Source of the DNA: a virus
Strand: one strand, 5' to 3'
Length of the DNA: 28,521 nt
Virus record (IMG/VR): IMGVR_UViG_3300030497_000009
Under the pieces are notes generated by a model, which was not told the origin of the DNA, did no database searches, and saw only the letters and a list, made by a program, of their open reading frames with translations. Numbering within the stretch: position 1 is the first letter of the stretch; the number at the start of each line of letters is the position of its first letter. Shown here in pieces: positions 1-8,028 of the stretch. The position numbers were made by a program, and so were the translations under genes.

Positions 1-306
1 GAAGGTGGCGACATCATTCTTGACTCGAACTACATCCAATACTTAAATAACCAAGCGCAACAAGAACAGCAAGAGAAAATGATGGCTCAACAGGGAGCTC
101 AAGGTGGCCAAGGAGACGACGGTCAAGGATTTGGAGGCAAAGATGTCTCTGGTGACAAAGACGACTCTAAGGAAGATGACGACGATGGTTTTGACTGGAC
201 TGACGACGAAGATGACGGTGATGAAAAAGAAGACACTAAAAAGTCACTCGAATCAGAAAAGCTAACTGGTGACATAAAGTTTCTGACGATAGAATGGGAT
301 GACTAA
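1..306 (+). CDS. Portal protein, C-terminal part (5'-truncated by window)
   Basis: Frame 1 is open from base 1 (EGGDIILDSNYIQYLNNQAQQEQQEK...) into the listed 79..306 ORF. The GGDIIL motif, acidic low-complexity tail and position just upstream of the prohead protease fit SPO1/Twort-like portal C-termini. Confidence 0.8.
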   Translation, partial: EGGDIILDSNYIQYLNNQAQQEQQEKMMAQQGAQGGQGDDGQGFGGKDVSGDKDDSKEDDDDGFDWTDDEDDGDEKEDTKKSLESEKLTGDIKFLTIEWDD

Positions 307-329
307 CAAAATAAAATAGTTTGTTAGTC
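301..329. promoter_or_regulatory. Perfect 10-bp inverted repeat at the portal stop codon
   Basis: GACTAACAAA (301-310) / TTTGTTAGTC (320-329), 9-nt loop. Followed by an AT-rich TATATATT element rather than a U-tract; function unknown. Confidence 0.45.
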
Positions 330-385
330 TCCTATATATTGTATGTGTCTAACCTATAACGCTTCACTGTAAGGTGGTGAGAAAA

Positions 386-1135
386 ATGAGCGAAGAATTA
401 TTCAAGTTCTTTCTTGAAGCCGATGTAGTTAAGTCAGAAGCGGAAGAGGGTAAACGCATTATCCGTGGTTATGCTTCCACACCAGCCGATGATAGACAAG
501 GTGAAAGTTTAGTCCAAAAGGGCTTAGACATTTCAGACTTCGTAACGCATGGTTGGCTAAACTATGACCATAATAATGAGATTATTCTTGGTTATCCAAC
601 TGGTAACACGCATATTGACGACAAAGGTCTATGGGTTGAAGGTGAACTTCTAAAAGGTGTTCCTCAAGCTGATAAGCTCTGGGACTTAGCGTTAGCCCTT
701 AAGAAGTCGGATGCTCCTCGAAAACTAGGTTTCTCTGTAGAAGGCAAGGTGCTGGAACGCAAAGGCAATTCAATCTTGAAAGCCAAGATTTATAACTGCG
801 CGTTAACTCCAAACCCTGTTAATACTGAGGCAACTTGGGAAGCTGTCGTAAAATCATTCAGACCAGATTCTGATATTGATATTGCGAAAGGGCTAGAAGC
901 TGGCTATGCCACAACTCCAGAAACACAGACTAATGGCGGTGCTTTACGCAAAGAAAGCCTAGAAAGTAGCATCAAGAATTTAGCCGATAACTTGCATGAC
1001 TCTTCTAAATGGCAAGAGGTTCGCAGGAACCTAGCTAACGGAGGAAGTGTAAGCAAATCCGAAATGCTTGTATACTTACAACTTTCGAAAGGCTTCTCAC
1101 GTGATCAAGCTCTTAGTATTTTGGATAAATATTAA
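386..1135 (+). CDS. Prohead (capsid maturation) protease, HK97/herpes-type fold
   Basis: Motifs IRGYASTPADDRQGE, NYDH (His) and LGFSVEG (Ser nucleophile), followed by ALTPNPVN. ATG 386 chosen over GTG 374 because AAGGTGGTG (371-379) is an RBS. Confidence 0.92.
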   Translation: MSEELFKFFLEADVVKSEAEEGKRIIRGYASTPADDRQGESLVQKGLDISDFVTHGWLNYDHNNEIILGYPTGNTHIDDKGLWVEGELLKGVPQADKLWDLALALKKSDAPRKLGFSVEGKVLERKGNSILKAKIYNCALTPNPVNTEATWEAVVKSFRPDSDIDIAKGLEAGYATTPETQTNGGALRKESLESSIKNLADNLHDSSKWQEVRRNLANGGSVSKSEMLVYLQLSKGFSRDQALSILDKY

Positions 1136-1149
1136 TGGAGGTGCAAGAA

Positions 1150-1932
1150 ATGACATTTGAAGAAAAATTAGCAAAGTCACTAGAAGAAATTGACGCGTTA
1201 GCAGATTCAATTCTTTCTAAGTCTGACGAGCCTGAAAAAGTCGAAGAAGAAGACAAAGTTCAAAAAGGTGTAGCACCTGATGAAATCTCTTCTAACTCTG
1301 ACGACGCTGGAAAAAAAGAAGGCGACGAAGATGAGGACGACGAAGAAGGCAAGGACGATGACAAGAAGAAAGACGACAAAGGCGATGACGCTAAAAAGTC
1401 AATCACTGATGAATTTACTGGTAGCGAAGCTATCTCAAAAGCTATGGACGTTTCAGACTTCCTTGCTGAGTTCACTCGTGTAAACGGTGACGTTTTAGAT
1501 AACTTACGTGAAGATATTCATAAATCTCTTGAAACTTCTACGCATACTGCGACTATTCTTGCGAAGTCTTTCGGTGCGATTATGAAGTCTCACGAGGGCT
1601 TAGAAGGTTTAGTTAAATCTCAATCAGCTCAATTAACAGAACAAGCAGAGATTATCAAGTCTCTACAAGGGCGTGTTGAGCACGTTGAGAAACAACCTGT
1701 AGTTCGTAAGTCAGTTATCAATACTCTTGAAAAGTCTTTTGACCACAGCGCTGGAATCACGTCTGAGGCAGAGCCTAAACAAGAGACATTAAGCAAAGGT
1801 GAGATTGCTGAAAAGTTATCTAACTTCGCTTTAAACGGTGAAAATGGCGTAGTAATCAAAGACGTAATCGACTTTGAATCTAATGGCTATTTACGCCCTG
1901 AAGTAAAAAACTTATTCGAACCAAAACAATAA
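1150..1932 (+). CDS. Putative capsid scaffolding protein
   Basis: Lies between protease and MCP. Acidic D/E/K-rich N-half, coiled-coil-like C-half, many hydrophobic-x-K-S motifs. RBS GGAGGTG (1137-1143) supports ATG 1150. Confidence 0.75.
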   Translation: MTFEEKLAKSLEEIDALADSILSKSDEPEKVEEEDKVQKGVAPDEISSNSDDAGKKEGDEDEDDEEGKDDDKKKDDKGDDAKKSITDEFTGSEAISKAMDVSDFLAEFTRVNGDVLDNLREDIHKSLETSTHTATILAKSFGAIMKSHEGLEGLVKSQSAQLTEQAEIIKSLQGRVEHVEKQPVVRKSVINTLEKSFDHSAGITSEAEPKQETLSKGEIAEKLSNFALNGENGVVIKDVIDFESNGYLRPEVKNLFEPKQ

Positions 1933-1947
1933 TCGGAGGTGCTTGAC

Positions 1948-3663
1948 ATGGAATTTGAAAACGGATTTGGAATGGGATCTGGTCAACAGGTTTCTGACCT
2001 TAACAAAGCATTATCAGCTGGTTACGCTACTTCACCTGATACACAAACGAATGGTGGCGCGTTCCGTGTTGAATCATTAGAAAGTTCTTTAAAAGTTTTA
2101 ACTTACTCTGACCAACATATTAAGTTTTGGAAGAAAATTCCAAAGAGCAAAGCTACAAATACTGTTGAAGAGTACAACCAATTAATCAGCTACGGTTCTG
2201 AAGGCGGTGGCTTCTTAACTGAAGGCGAATTACCAGATACTCAAGATTCTACTTACCAACGTAAAGCAAGCTTCGTTAAATTCATGGGTGTTACTCGTGA
2301 AGTAACGCATCCTATGACTTTAGTGAACTCAGCTCACGGTGACGTAGTTTCTCGTATGAACCAAGACGGTATCCTTTGGATGCTTAAGAAAATTGAAAAT
2401 GGTTTATTCTGGGGTGACTCTAAGTTAGGTGCTGGCGGTACTGAGTACGTAGAGTTTGATGGTTTGGATAAATTAATCCATCCTGAAAACACTATCGACT
2501 TAGCTGGTAAACATCTTGAAGAGAAACACATTAACTGGGGTTCTCAAATGATCCTAGAAAACTATGGTATCGCAACTGACTTGTTCTTACCATACGAAGT
2601 ATTTGCTCAATTCCAACAAGAGTTCTTCCCTAAAGAGCGTGTTATCATGCCTACTACTGGTGGAACTAAAGCTGGTGTTGTAGTTGACCAATTCCAATCT
2701 CATGGTGGTCCTATCAACTTCGAGCCTAACTTATTCTTGAAGAAAACAAAAGAAGTTCCGACTCAAGCTACTTCACCAAAAGCTCCTGCTCAACCGGCTT
2801 CAGTAACTGCGGCATTAGGCGCATTAACTAACGCTGAGTTTGCTAAATCAGGTGCTGGTTCTTACACTTACTATGTAACAGCTGCTAACAAACATGGTGA
2901 ATCAACTCCAGTTAAATTAGCAACTCCAATCGCTATCACTGGTGCTGACTTAGCTAAAGGTGTTACGTTAACAGTTCAGAATGCTGCTGCAACAGTATAT
3001 CCAGTTGATTACTTGACTGTTTACCGTACAGAAGCTGATGGAACTCAAGCTTTCCAAATCGCTCGTGTTGCTGTAACTAGTGCAGCTGCAAACGCTCAAA
3101 CTGTCGTAACTGACAAAAATGACACTATGCCTAATACGTATACAGCGTTCATGGGTGAAATGTCAGAGCAGATCCTAGCGTTCAAACAGTTAACTCCTAT
3201 GTTAAAAATGGACTTAGCTACGCTTGCTCCGTCTTACAGATGGATGATCTTAATGTATGGGATAAAAGATTTTTCTAAAATCGAGTGTCCTCTTGTAGCG
3301 TAAGTTACAAGTAATAAAGATGGGAAATTGCTGGAAACTCTGAGTATCTCAAGGTAGGATATTACGCAGTAATGACGTAACGACCCCTGAAAATCCGAGA
3401 GTGCAGACAATCAGCAGCCGAGCTTCCTAAGGAAGAAGGTTCAACGACTAAGTGGTTATAAGAGTAATCTTATAATCTGCGCCATCCCCCACGATGTGGG
3501 TGAAGATATAGTCTGACCTCTACAGCGATGTAGAGAGGTAGGCAGAAATGACCTATCCCACTTAGAGCGGTGGTAACAAACTTGGCCAGTACTTTATGCT
3601 CCTAAAAAGTTCTTGCGTTTCAAAAATATCAAAGCTGAATTATACAACGAACCAAGATTCTGA
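1948..3663 (+). CDS. Major capsid protein precursor, intron-split: join(1948..3263,3585..3663), 464 aa
   Basis: Twort/SPO1-like MCP motifs (GYATSPDTQTNGGAFRVESL, LFWGD, EFDGLDKLI). RBS GGAGGT 1935-1940. Removing 3264-3584 joins AT+G and restores the expected C-terminus ...WMILMYG-M-PVLYAPKKFLRFKNIKAELYNEPRF*. Confidence 0.95.
3264..3584 (+). ncRNA. Group I self-splicing intron (321 nt, no internal ORF) in the MCP gene
   Basis: Exon 1 ends in U and the intron ends in G. P1: GGGAU (3259-3263) with IGS GUCCU (3287-3291), U-G wobble. P2 CTTGTAGC-GTAA-GTTACAAG. P AAATTGCTGGAAA 3325-3337; Q AATCAGCAGCC 3409-3419; R GTTCAACGACTA 3439-3450; S AAGATATAGTCT 3503-3514. P3 GATGG/CCATC; P7 GACTA/TAGTC; P7.1 3456-3475; P9 CTCTACA-GCGA-TGTAGAG. 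Confidence 0.95.
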
Positions 3664-3690
3664 GTATAATTTGAAAGTTTTGTTTATATA

Positions 3691-3729
3691 ATAGAGTAGG
3701 GGTTAATTCCTCTACTCTATTTCAATTTT
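3691..3729 (+). terminator. Hairpin after MCP / before HNH gene (terminator- or attenuator-like)
   Basis: ATAGAGTAGGGG-ttaatt-CCTCTACTCTAT, 12-bp stem with one G-U pair, followed by TTCAATTTT (imperfect U-tract). Confidence 0.6.
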
Positions 3730-3742
3730 AGGGGGAAATACA

Positions 3743-4438
3743 ATGAACGCAGAATTTGTAGAGTGTCAAATATGTGGAAAGAAAATGAAGTGGATTCAAA
3801 ATAAGCATCTAAGCCAACATGGTATAACTACGAAAGAGTACAAGAAGATGTTTCCTAATCACCCGAACAAGACATCCGACATGCAGAAAAAGATAGAGGA
3901 AACTCGTTGGGGTGAGTACGAAACGATACACCCTAAAATAAAGAAATGTTTTAGGGAAGGTTGTGAAGAGAAGGTAGCTGAGAAAAGTAAATACTGTTCG
4001 TACAGCTGTAGAGCCACTGATAGGGCTAATAGCGACGCTAATCCTTTTAAGAATACAAAGACTAATCCAGCTTTTAAAACTGGTTCATCGAGTAGCTGGA
4101 AGCGTCAAAGAAAGATACGAGCCGAAATGGATAATCACTCGTGCGTCCGGTGTGGTAAAACGGGGCTTGATGGAAAGGCTCACAAGTACAGTGTGCATCA
4201 CATTATACCTAAGAGGTGTTTCACCCTTGACAACTTGGATGACCGCGATGATGTTTTTAATACGATAACTCTTTGCGGTATATGCCACAAGGAAGTTGAG
4301 TCAAGCTCTTTCTGGTTGCTTGTGCGGTTACTTATAGAGAAAGGTGTTTCACGAGAAGAAATCACCGAGTACCTCCGTAATGAGATAGAAACAAACGCTC
4401 CCTTTGAAGCCTTCATTACTAAAAGTACAGAAGAATAG
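3743..4438 (+). CDS. Free-standing HNH homing endonuclease with N-terminal zinc-binding modules
   Basis: C-terminal HNH/McrA-type core CVRCG...SVHHIIP...NTITLCGICHKEVE. N-terminal CQIC...H...H finger and a C-x4-C...YCSYSC module. RBS AGGGGGA 3730-3736. Confidence 0.88.
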   Translation: MNAEFVECQICGKKMKWIQNKHLSQHGITTKEYKKMFPNHPNKTSDMQKKIEETRWGEYETIHPKIKKCFREGCEEKVAEKSKYCSYSCRATDRANSDANPFKNTKTNPAFKTGSSSSWKRQRKIRAEMDNHSCVRCGKTGLDGKAHKYSVHHIIPKRCFTLDNLDDRDDVFNTITLCGICHKEVESSSFWLLVRLLIEKGVSREEITEYLRNEIETNAPFEAFITKSTEE

Positions 4439-4450
4439 CTCCGAAATTAT

Positions 4451-4478
4451 ACTCAGGTAGGATTATACCTGAGTTTTT
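4451..4478 (+). terminator. Rho-independent terminator
   Basis: ACTCAGGTA-ggatta-TACCTGAGT followed by a T-run. Confidence 0.8.
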
Positions 4479-4507
4479 CAATGCCAAAAATTAATGGAGG
4501 GTTTAAT

Positions 4508-4792
4508 ATGCAACTAAAAAATGAAAAATACGCAGGTCAAGCAAACGCAATCGTAACGGGCTTTGGAACTTTGTCTTTTGATGAAAAAGGTATCGTTAAT
4601 AACCCTAAACTTTCTGAGGATGCTATTAAAGCTCTAGCAGAACTTAAAGGATTTGAACTAATCGAATCTGAGGGCACTGAGAAGCCTGCTAAGGAAGAAA
4701 AGAAAGAAGAAGTATCTAAACCTAAAGAAGAGGAAAAAGACGCTGAAGAAGCTAAAACGAAGCGCTCACGTCGTAAGAAAACAGAAGAATAA
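4508..4792 (+). CDS. Small hypothetical protein following MCP (K/E-rich tail ending KRSRRKKTEE)
   Basis: RBS GGAGG 4496-4500 supports ATG 4508 rather than 4481. Occupies the position of the small conserved post-MCP gene of Twort-like phages. Confidence 0.8.
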   Translation: MQLKNEKYAGQANAIVTGFGTLSFDEKGIVNNPKLSEDAIKALAELKGFELIESEGTEKPAKEEKKEEVSKPKEEEKDAEEAKTKRSRRKKTEE

Positions 4793-4807
4793 TAAGGAGG
4801 TTATCTT

Positions 4808-5575
4808 ATGCCGATTAACTTCAGTACTGAGGAGATGAAGCAACGGGTTATCTTTGGTATCCCGTTGTTTGACTCTGAAGGAAATCCATTCCCTGAAGAC
4901 TTATTGCAGTCGTATCTTGATTCAGCTATCAACTGGGCTGAGCAGACGCTTGGTGTTGCTATTCAACCGCGTGAGGAAGAAGAAAGCCACGACTACATTG
5001 CCTCTGACTATATGAACTGGAACTATCTAAGACTATGGAAGAAACCCATCCTAGAGGTAGAGTCCGTTGAAATGGTTTACGGTAATGCTCGTATGTTTAA
5101 TATACCCAACGACTGGTTAAAGATTGACCGGCTAGCTGGTGTAATTCAAATATTCCCTATCTCTGGTAGTGCCGGAGGTTTGATTATTAACGCTGGTGGT
5201 GGAGCTTGGCAACCTCTTATCCATGGTCAGATGGGCTATGCTCCTCAGATGTGGAGAATTAAATACAAAGCTGGTATGACCGAATCAGAAGAGAGACAAG
5301 TTTACAGACAAACGAACATTCACCCGATGCTTAAGGATTTAATTTATCGAAAGACAGCAATGAGTGTAATGGGCGTATGGGGTGACTTAATCATCGGTGC
5401 TGGTATCGCGAACCAATCTGTTGGTGTAGACGGTTTGAACCAATCTATTGGTACAACTCAGTCCGCGATGTTCGGTGGTGCGTCAGCCCGTATTAAACAA
5501 CTACAAGAAGATATTGACGTTATGCTACCAACGTTACAGTCGTATTACGGTGGCATTAACATGACGGTGATATAA
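4808..5575 (+). CDS. Head completion / head-tail adaptor (neck) protein
   Basis: RBS AAGGAGG. C-terminal WGDLIIGAGIANQSVGVDG...TTQSAMFGGASARI resembles the conserved neck protein of Twort-like phages; fits synteny. Confidence 0.75.
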   Translation: MPINFSTEEMKQRVIFGIPLFDSEGNPFPEDLLQSYLDSAINWAEQTLGVAIQPREEEESHDYIASDYMNWNYLRLWKKPILEVESVEMVYGNARMFNIPNDWLKIDRLAGVIQIFPISGSAGGLIINAGGGAWQPLIHGQMGYAPQMWRIKYKAGMTESEERQVYRQTNIHPMLKDLIYRKTAMSVMGVWGDLIIGAGIANQSVGVDGLNQSIGTTQSAMFGGASARIKQLQEDIDVMLPTLQSYYGGINMTVI

Positions 5576-6271
5576 ATGAACTTGAACGAGTATCAGCTCA
5601 AGAACTTTGGACGAATTGATTTCAAACCTGAGGAATTTGAGCGTCTCATATACCAGCGTGGGGCGCGTGTTCTTTGGGAGAAAGCTATCTTCTGCTCCTG
5701 TATTAACGAGGAAACAGGTAGTGCTGATTTTATTTGTCCTGCTTGTAAAGGTAAAGGCTTCTTATACTTCGATCCTCAGGAGATACGTGCAGCTGTCTCA
5801 AGCATTAATCAAAGTAACGATGCTACTCCCATCGGGTTGATTGATGTGGGTACGTCTTTCGTAACTACGATGGCTAAAGACCAAGTAAACTTCCGTGATA
5901 GAATTACTTTCCTAGACTTCCGAACGGTTTATTCACAGGTGCTGACGTATCAGGATCCTGTCGTAAACCTAAAGTACAAGGCAGAAGAAATAATGTCCAT
6001 TCGGGTACTTTCTTCTGAGATTCCGAAAGAACAATATAAGCTATCAGAAGATGGTTGGAGCATCGAGTTTGAAGAGGGTGTGTTTGGCTTCGATGATAGG
6101 TTCTCTATCTTGATGAAAGTGAAACCTACGTACATCGTAATTGACATGCCTCACGAGCTACGCGGAACGTTTATTAAGTTCGGTCATCCTGATGAAGAGT
6201 GGGTTTTACTACCTAAACAGCTAATGATTAAACGGGAGGATTTACTACCATTAAAGCGTGGTGAGTTATAA
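5576..6271 (+). CDS. Head-tail connector/neck protein with CxC...CxxCxGxG motif
   Basis: RGARVLWEKAIFCSC...CPACKGKG motif and LPKQLMIKRED C-terminus; synteny. Confidence 0.7.
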   Translation: MNLNEYQLKNFGRIDFKPEEFERLIYQRGARVLWEKAIFCSCINEETGSADFICPACKGKGFLYFDPQEIRAAVSSINQSNDATPIGLIDVGTSFVTTMAKDQVNFRDRITFLDFRTVYSQVLTYQDPVVNLKYKAEEIMSIRVLSSEIPKEQYKLSEDGWSIEFEEGVFGFDDRFSILMKVKPTYIVIDMPHELRGTFIKFGHPDEEWVLLPKQLMIKREDLLPLKRGEL

Positions 6272-6999
6272 TGCGTGAGGTACGAATTGATATTCCTAAA
6301 GGCTTCTCTGGTGTATTAGCTTCTCAGTTGGAGAGTGCGGCACAGGCTGCTGTCTCTTCAACCTTGATGGCTAGTAAATCGAAGTGGGAGCAAACGGTTC
6401 AGCAACGGTTAACAACTACCCGTGCTGACTACTTGCTAGGCTTGAACGCTGACAACTCGATGGAGTTTCCTGACTCGTTTACTGGTATCTTGACGCTACG
6501 TGGTAAATGGGCTAACATGCTAGAGTCTGGCTTCCCTGCTTACGATATGAAGACCAACTTCGAAAATAGTAAGCGTGTGAAATATAACGCTGAAGGTGGT
6601 TGGTATTTAACGATTCCGTTTAGACAGCGAACTCCGGGAACGTCTGGTTCAGGTGTCGGTGGTTCGGCTATGCCTGACGATATATACGCACAAGCGCGTA
6701 AGCTACGAGGTGGAACGCGATTAACTGGTACAGAAACTCAGTACCCTGCGCAAACATCTTGGACGGGCTACCAACATAAGTCAGGTATTTATGAAGGCAT
6801 TAAGAAGGTAACGAAGAAATATGACAACGCTACCCAAAACCAGTATATGAGCTTTAGACGTGTGGGGCAGAACTCTGATCCTCAGTCTTGGTGGCATCCT
6901 GGCTTTCCTGGGATTAAAGCGATTGACGTGGTTGAGCCTTATGCAAAATCTACGTTTGAGAAAGTTTTTAAAAAGTATCTTAATGACGCTATGGGGTGA
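6271..6999 (+). CDS. Conserved virion morphogenesis protein (head-tail region)
   Basis: 242-aa ORF coupled to its neighbours; GGWYLTIPF and FRRV...SDPQSWWHP motifs recalled from Twort-like structural modules. Confidence 0.65.
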   Translation: MREVRIDIPKGFSGVLASQLESAAQAAVSSTLMASKSKWEQTVQQRLTTTRADYLLGLNADNSMEFPDSFTGILTLRGKWANMLESGFPAYDMKTNFENSKRVKYNAEGGWYLTIPFRQRTPGTSGSGVGGSAMPDDIYAQARKLRGGTRLTGTETQYPAQTSWTGYQHKSGIYEGIKKVTKKYDNATQNQYMSFRRVGQNSDPQSWWHPGFPGIKAIDVVEPYAKSTFEKVFKKYLNDAMG

Positions 7000-7004
7000 A
7001 TTTA

Positions 7005-7823
7005 GTGATACCTGTAATTGAAAATGTGCTGTCCGAGATAATTGTATCACGATTAAAAGTTATAAAAGCCAACCCAGATATTGTAGATAGACTGTTCAGC
7101 CATATAACAACAACACTTAGAAGCCGTTTAAAAGAATACCTCAAGAGTGATGCAGTCACGGTTATCCGTGGCTTTCCAACGGAACGTGCGAAGCTACCCT
7201 GTTATGCTATCATGCTAGGTGGCGAGCGCGAGCAAGAGAAATTCTTGGGTGATATGTCTGACGACTTCTCTGATGATGTCGAGTTGATTTCTGTTACAGA
7301 GCAGGTGGAAGTGAAGTACAAAAACGGGAAACCGACGATTGAGCTTCAGCATAAGCCGTTAAGCGCTGTGACGTCAATTCTGTTAGATGGTGAAGAAGTA
7401 TTGCCGACTGAAGTTGTAAGTGCGAATCGTTCTATTTTAGCGTTTGATGAAGAAGATGTTCAGCGAGGTTCAAAGCTAGACGTTGAGTATGTCTATAAAA
7501 AGTCTGGTACTGAAGTTTTCGGTACACTGTTCAATACGCAGTATCGTATTGAGACTTGGACGAATAATGGCGACTTGACTGTGCTACTTTACCACCTGTT
7601 AAAATACATCATTCTTTCTTCACGCTTAGAGCTAGCTGACAAGTACAACTTAAATGTCCAAAGTCTTGGTGGGTTAGACTTCGAACCAGCTCCTGAGTAC
7701 ATGCCTGAGTTTGTTTATCGTAGAGCGTTAACGTTTGAGTGCGTAATTGAAAACTCCTATGAAAACGCCTTTGATTACATTCAAGGTATCGAAGTAGACT
7801 GGAAATTGGAAGGAGATAGCTAA
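7005..7823 (+). CDS. Putative tail terminator / tail completion protein
   Basis: Two genes upstream of the sheath, the usual position. GGGGTG (6993-6998) supports GTG 7005 (MIPVIE...); 6996 is the alternative start. Confidence 0.6.
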   Translation: MIPVIENVLSEIIVSRLKVIKANPDIVDRLFSHITTTLRSRLKEYLKSDAVTVIRGFPTERAKLPCYAIMLGGEREQEKFLGDMSDDFSDDVELISVTEQVEVKYKNGKPTIELQHKPLSAVTSILLDGEEVLPTEVVSANRSILAFDEEDVQRGSKLDVEYVYKKSGTEVFGTLFNTQYRIETWTNNGDLTVLLYHLLKYIILSSRLELADKYNLNVQSLGGLDFEPAPEYMPEFVYRRALTFECVIENSYENAFDYIQGIEVDWKLEGDS

Positions 7824-7824
7824 G

Positions 7825-8013
7825 ATGAAAGATAACAAAAAACAACCAGCTAAAAGACCAGCATTAATTCACATAGAAGAATACCTTGCTATTAAAGATA
7901 TTCGTGATGAGGTGAAAGCTGGTTTTACTGTTTTTATGAGAGGACGGGAATACCAGTACTCCGTAGAAGCGTTTGACAAAGAGTTGGAAAAATATTTCAA
8001 CCGAAAAATTTAA
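7825..8013 (+). CDS. Small conserved hypothetical protein preceding the tail sheath
   Basis: RBS AAGGAG; 62 aa with AGF...M.G and Y..R C-terminal pattern; synteny. Confidence 0.75.
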   Translation: MKDNKKQPAKRPALIHIEEYLAIKDIRDEVKAGFTVFMRGREYQYSVEAFDKELEKYFNRKI

Positions 8014-8028
8014 TGGAGGTGCAACTCT

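Noticed and set aside
79-306. Stand-alone 75-aa acidic protein
   Set aside because: The frame is open from base 1; it is the portal C-terminus.
1939-3303. 454-aa MCP as given by the ORF track
   Set aside because: GTG 1939 overlaps the RBS, and the last 13 residues read into the intron. The spliced 464-aa form fits the conserved C-terminus.
3665-3692. Sigma-A promoter TTGAAA...TATAAT before the HNH gene
   Set aside because: The spacer is only 10 nt.
3743-4438. HNH as an intron-encoded ORF, packaging HNH or RNA-guided nuclease
   Set aside because: The intron closes at 3584 before exon 2. The gene is not next to a terminase, and no RuvC motifs or adjacent guide-like array are visible.
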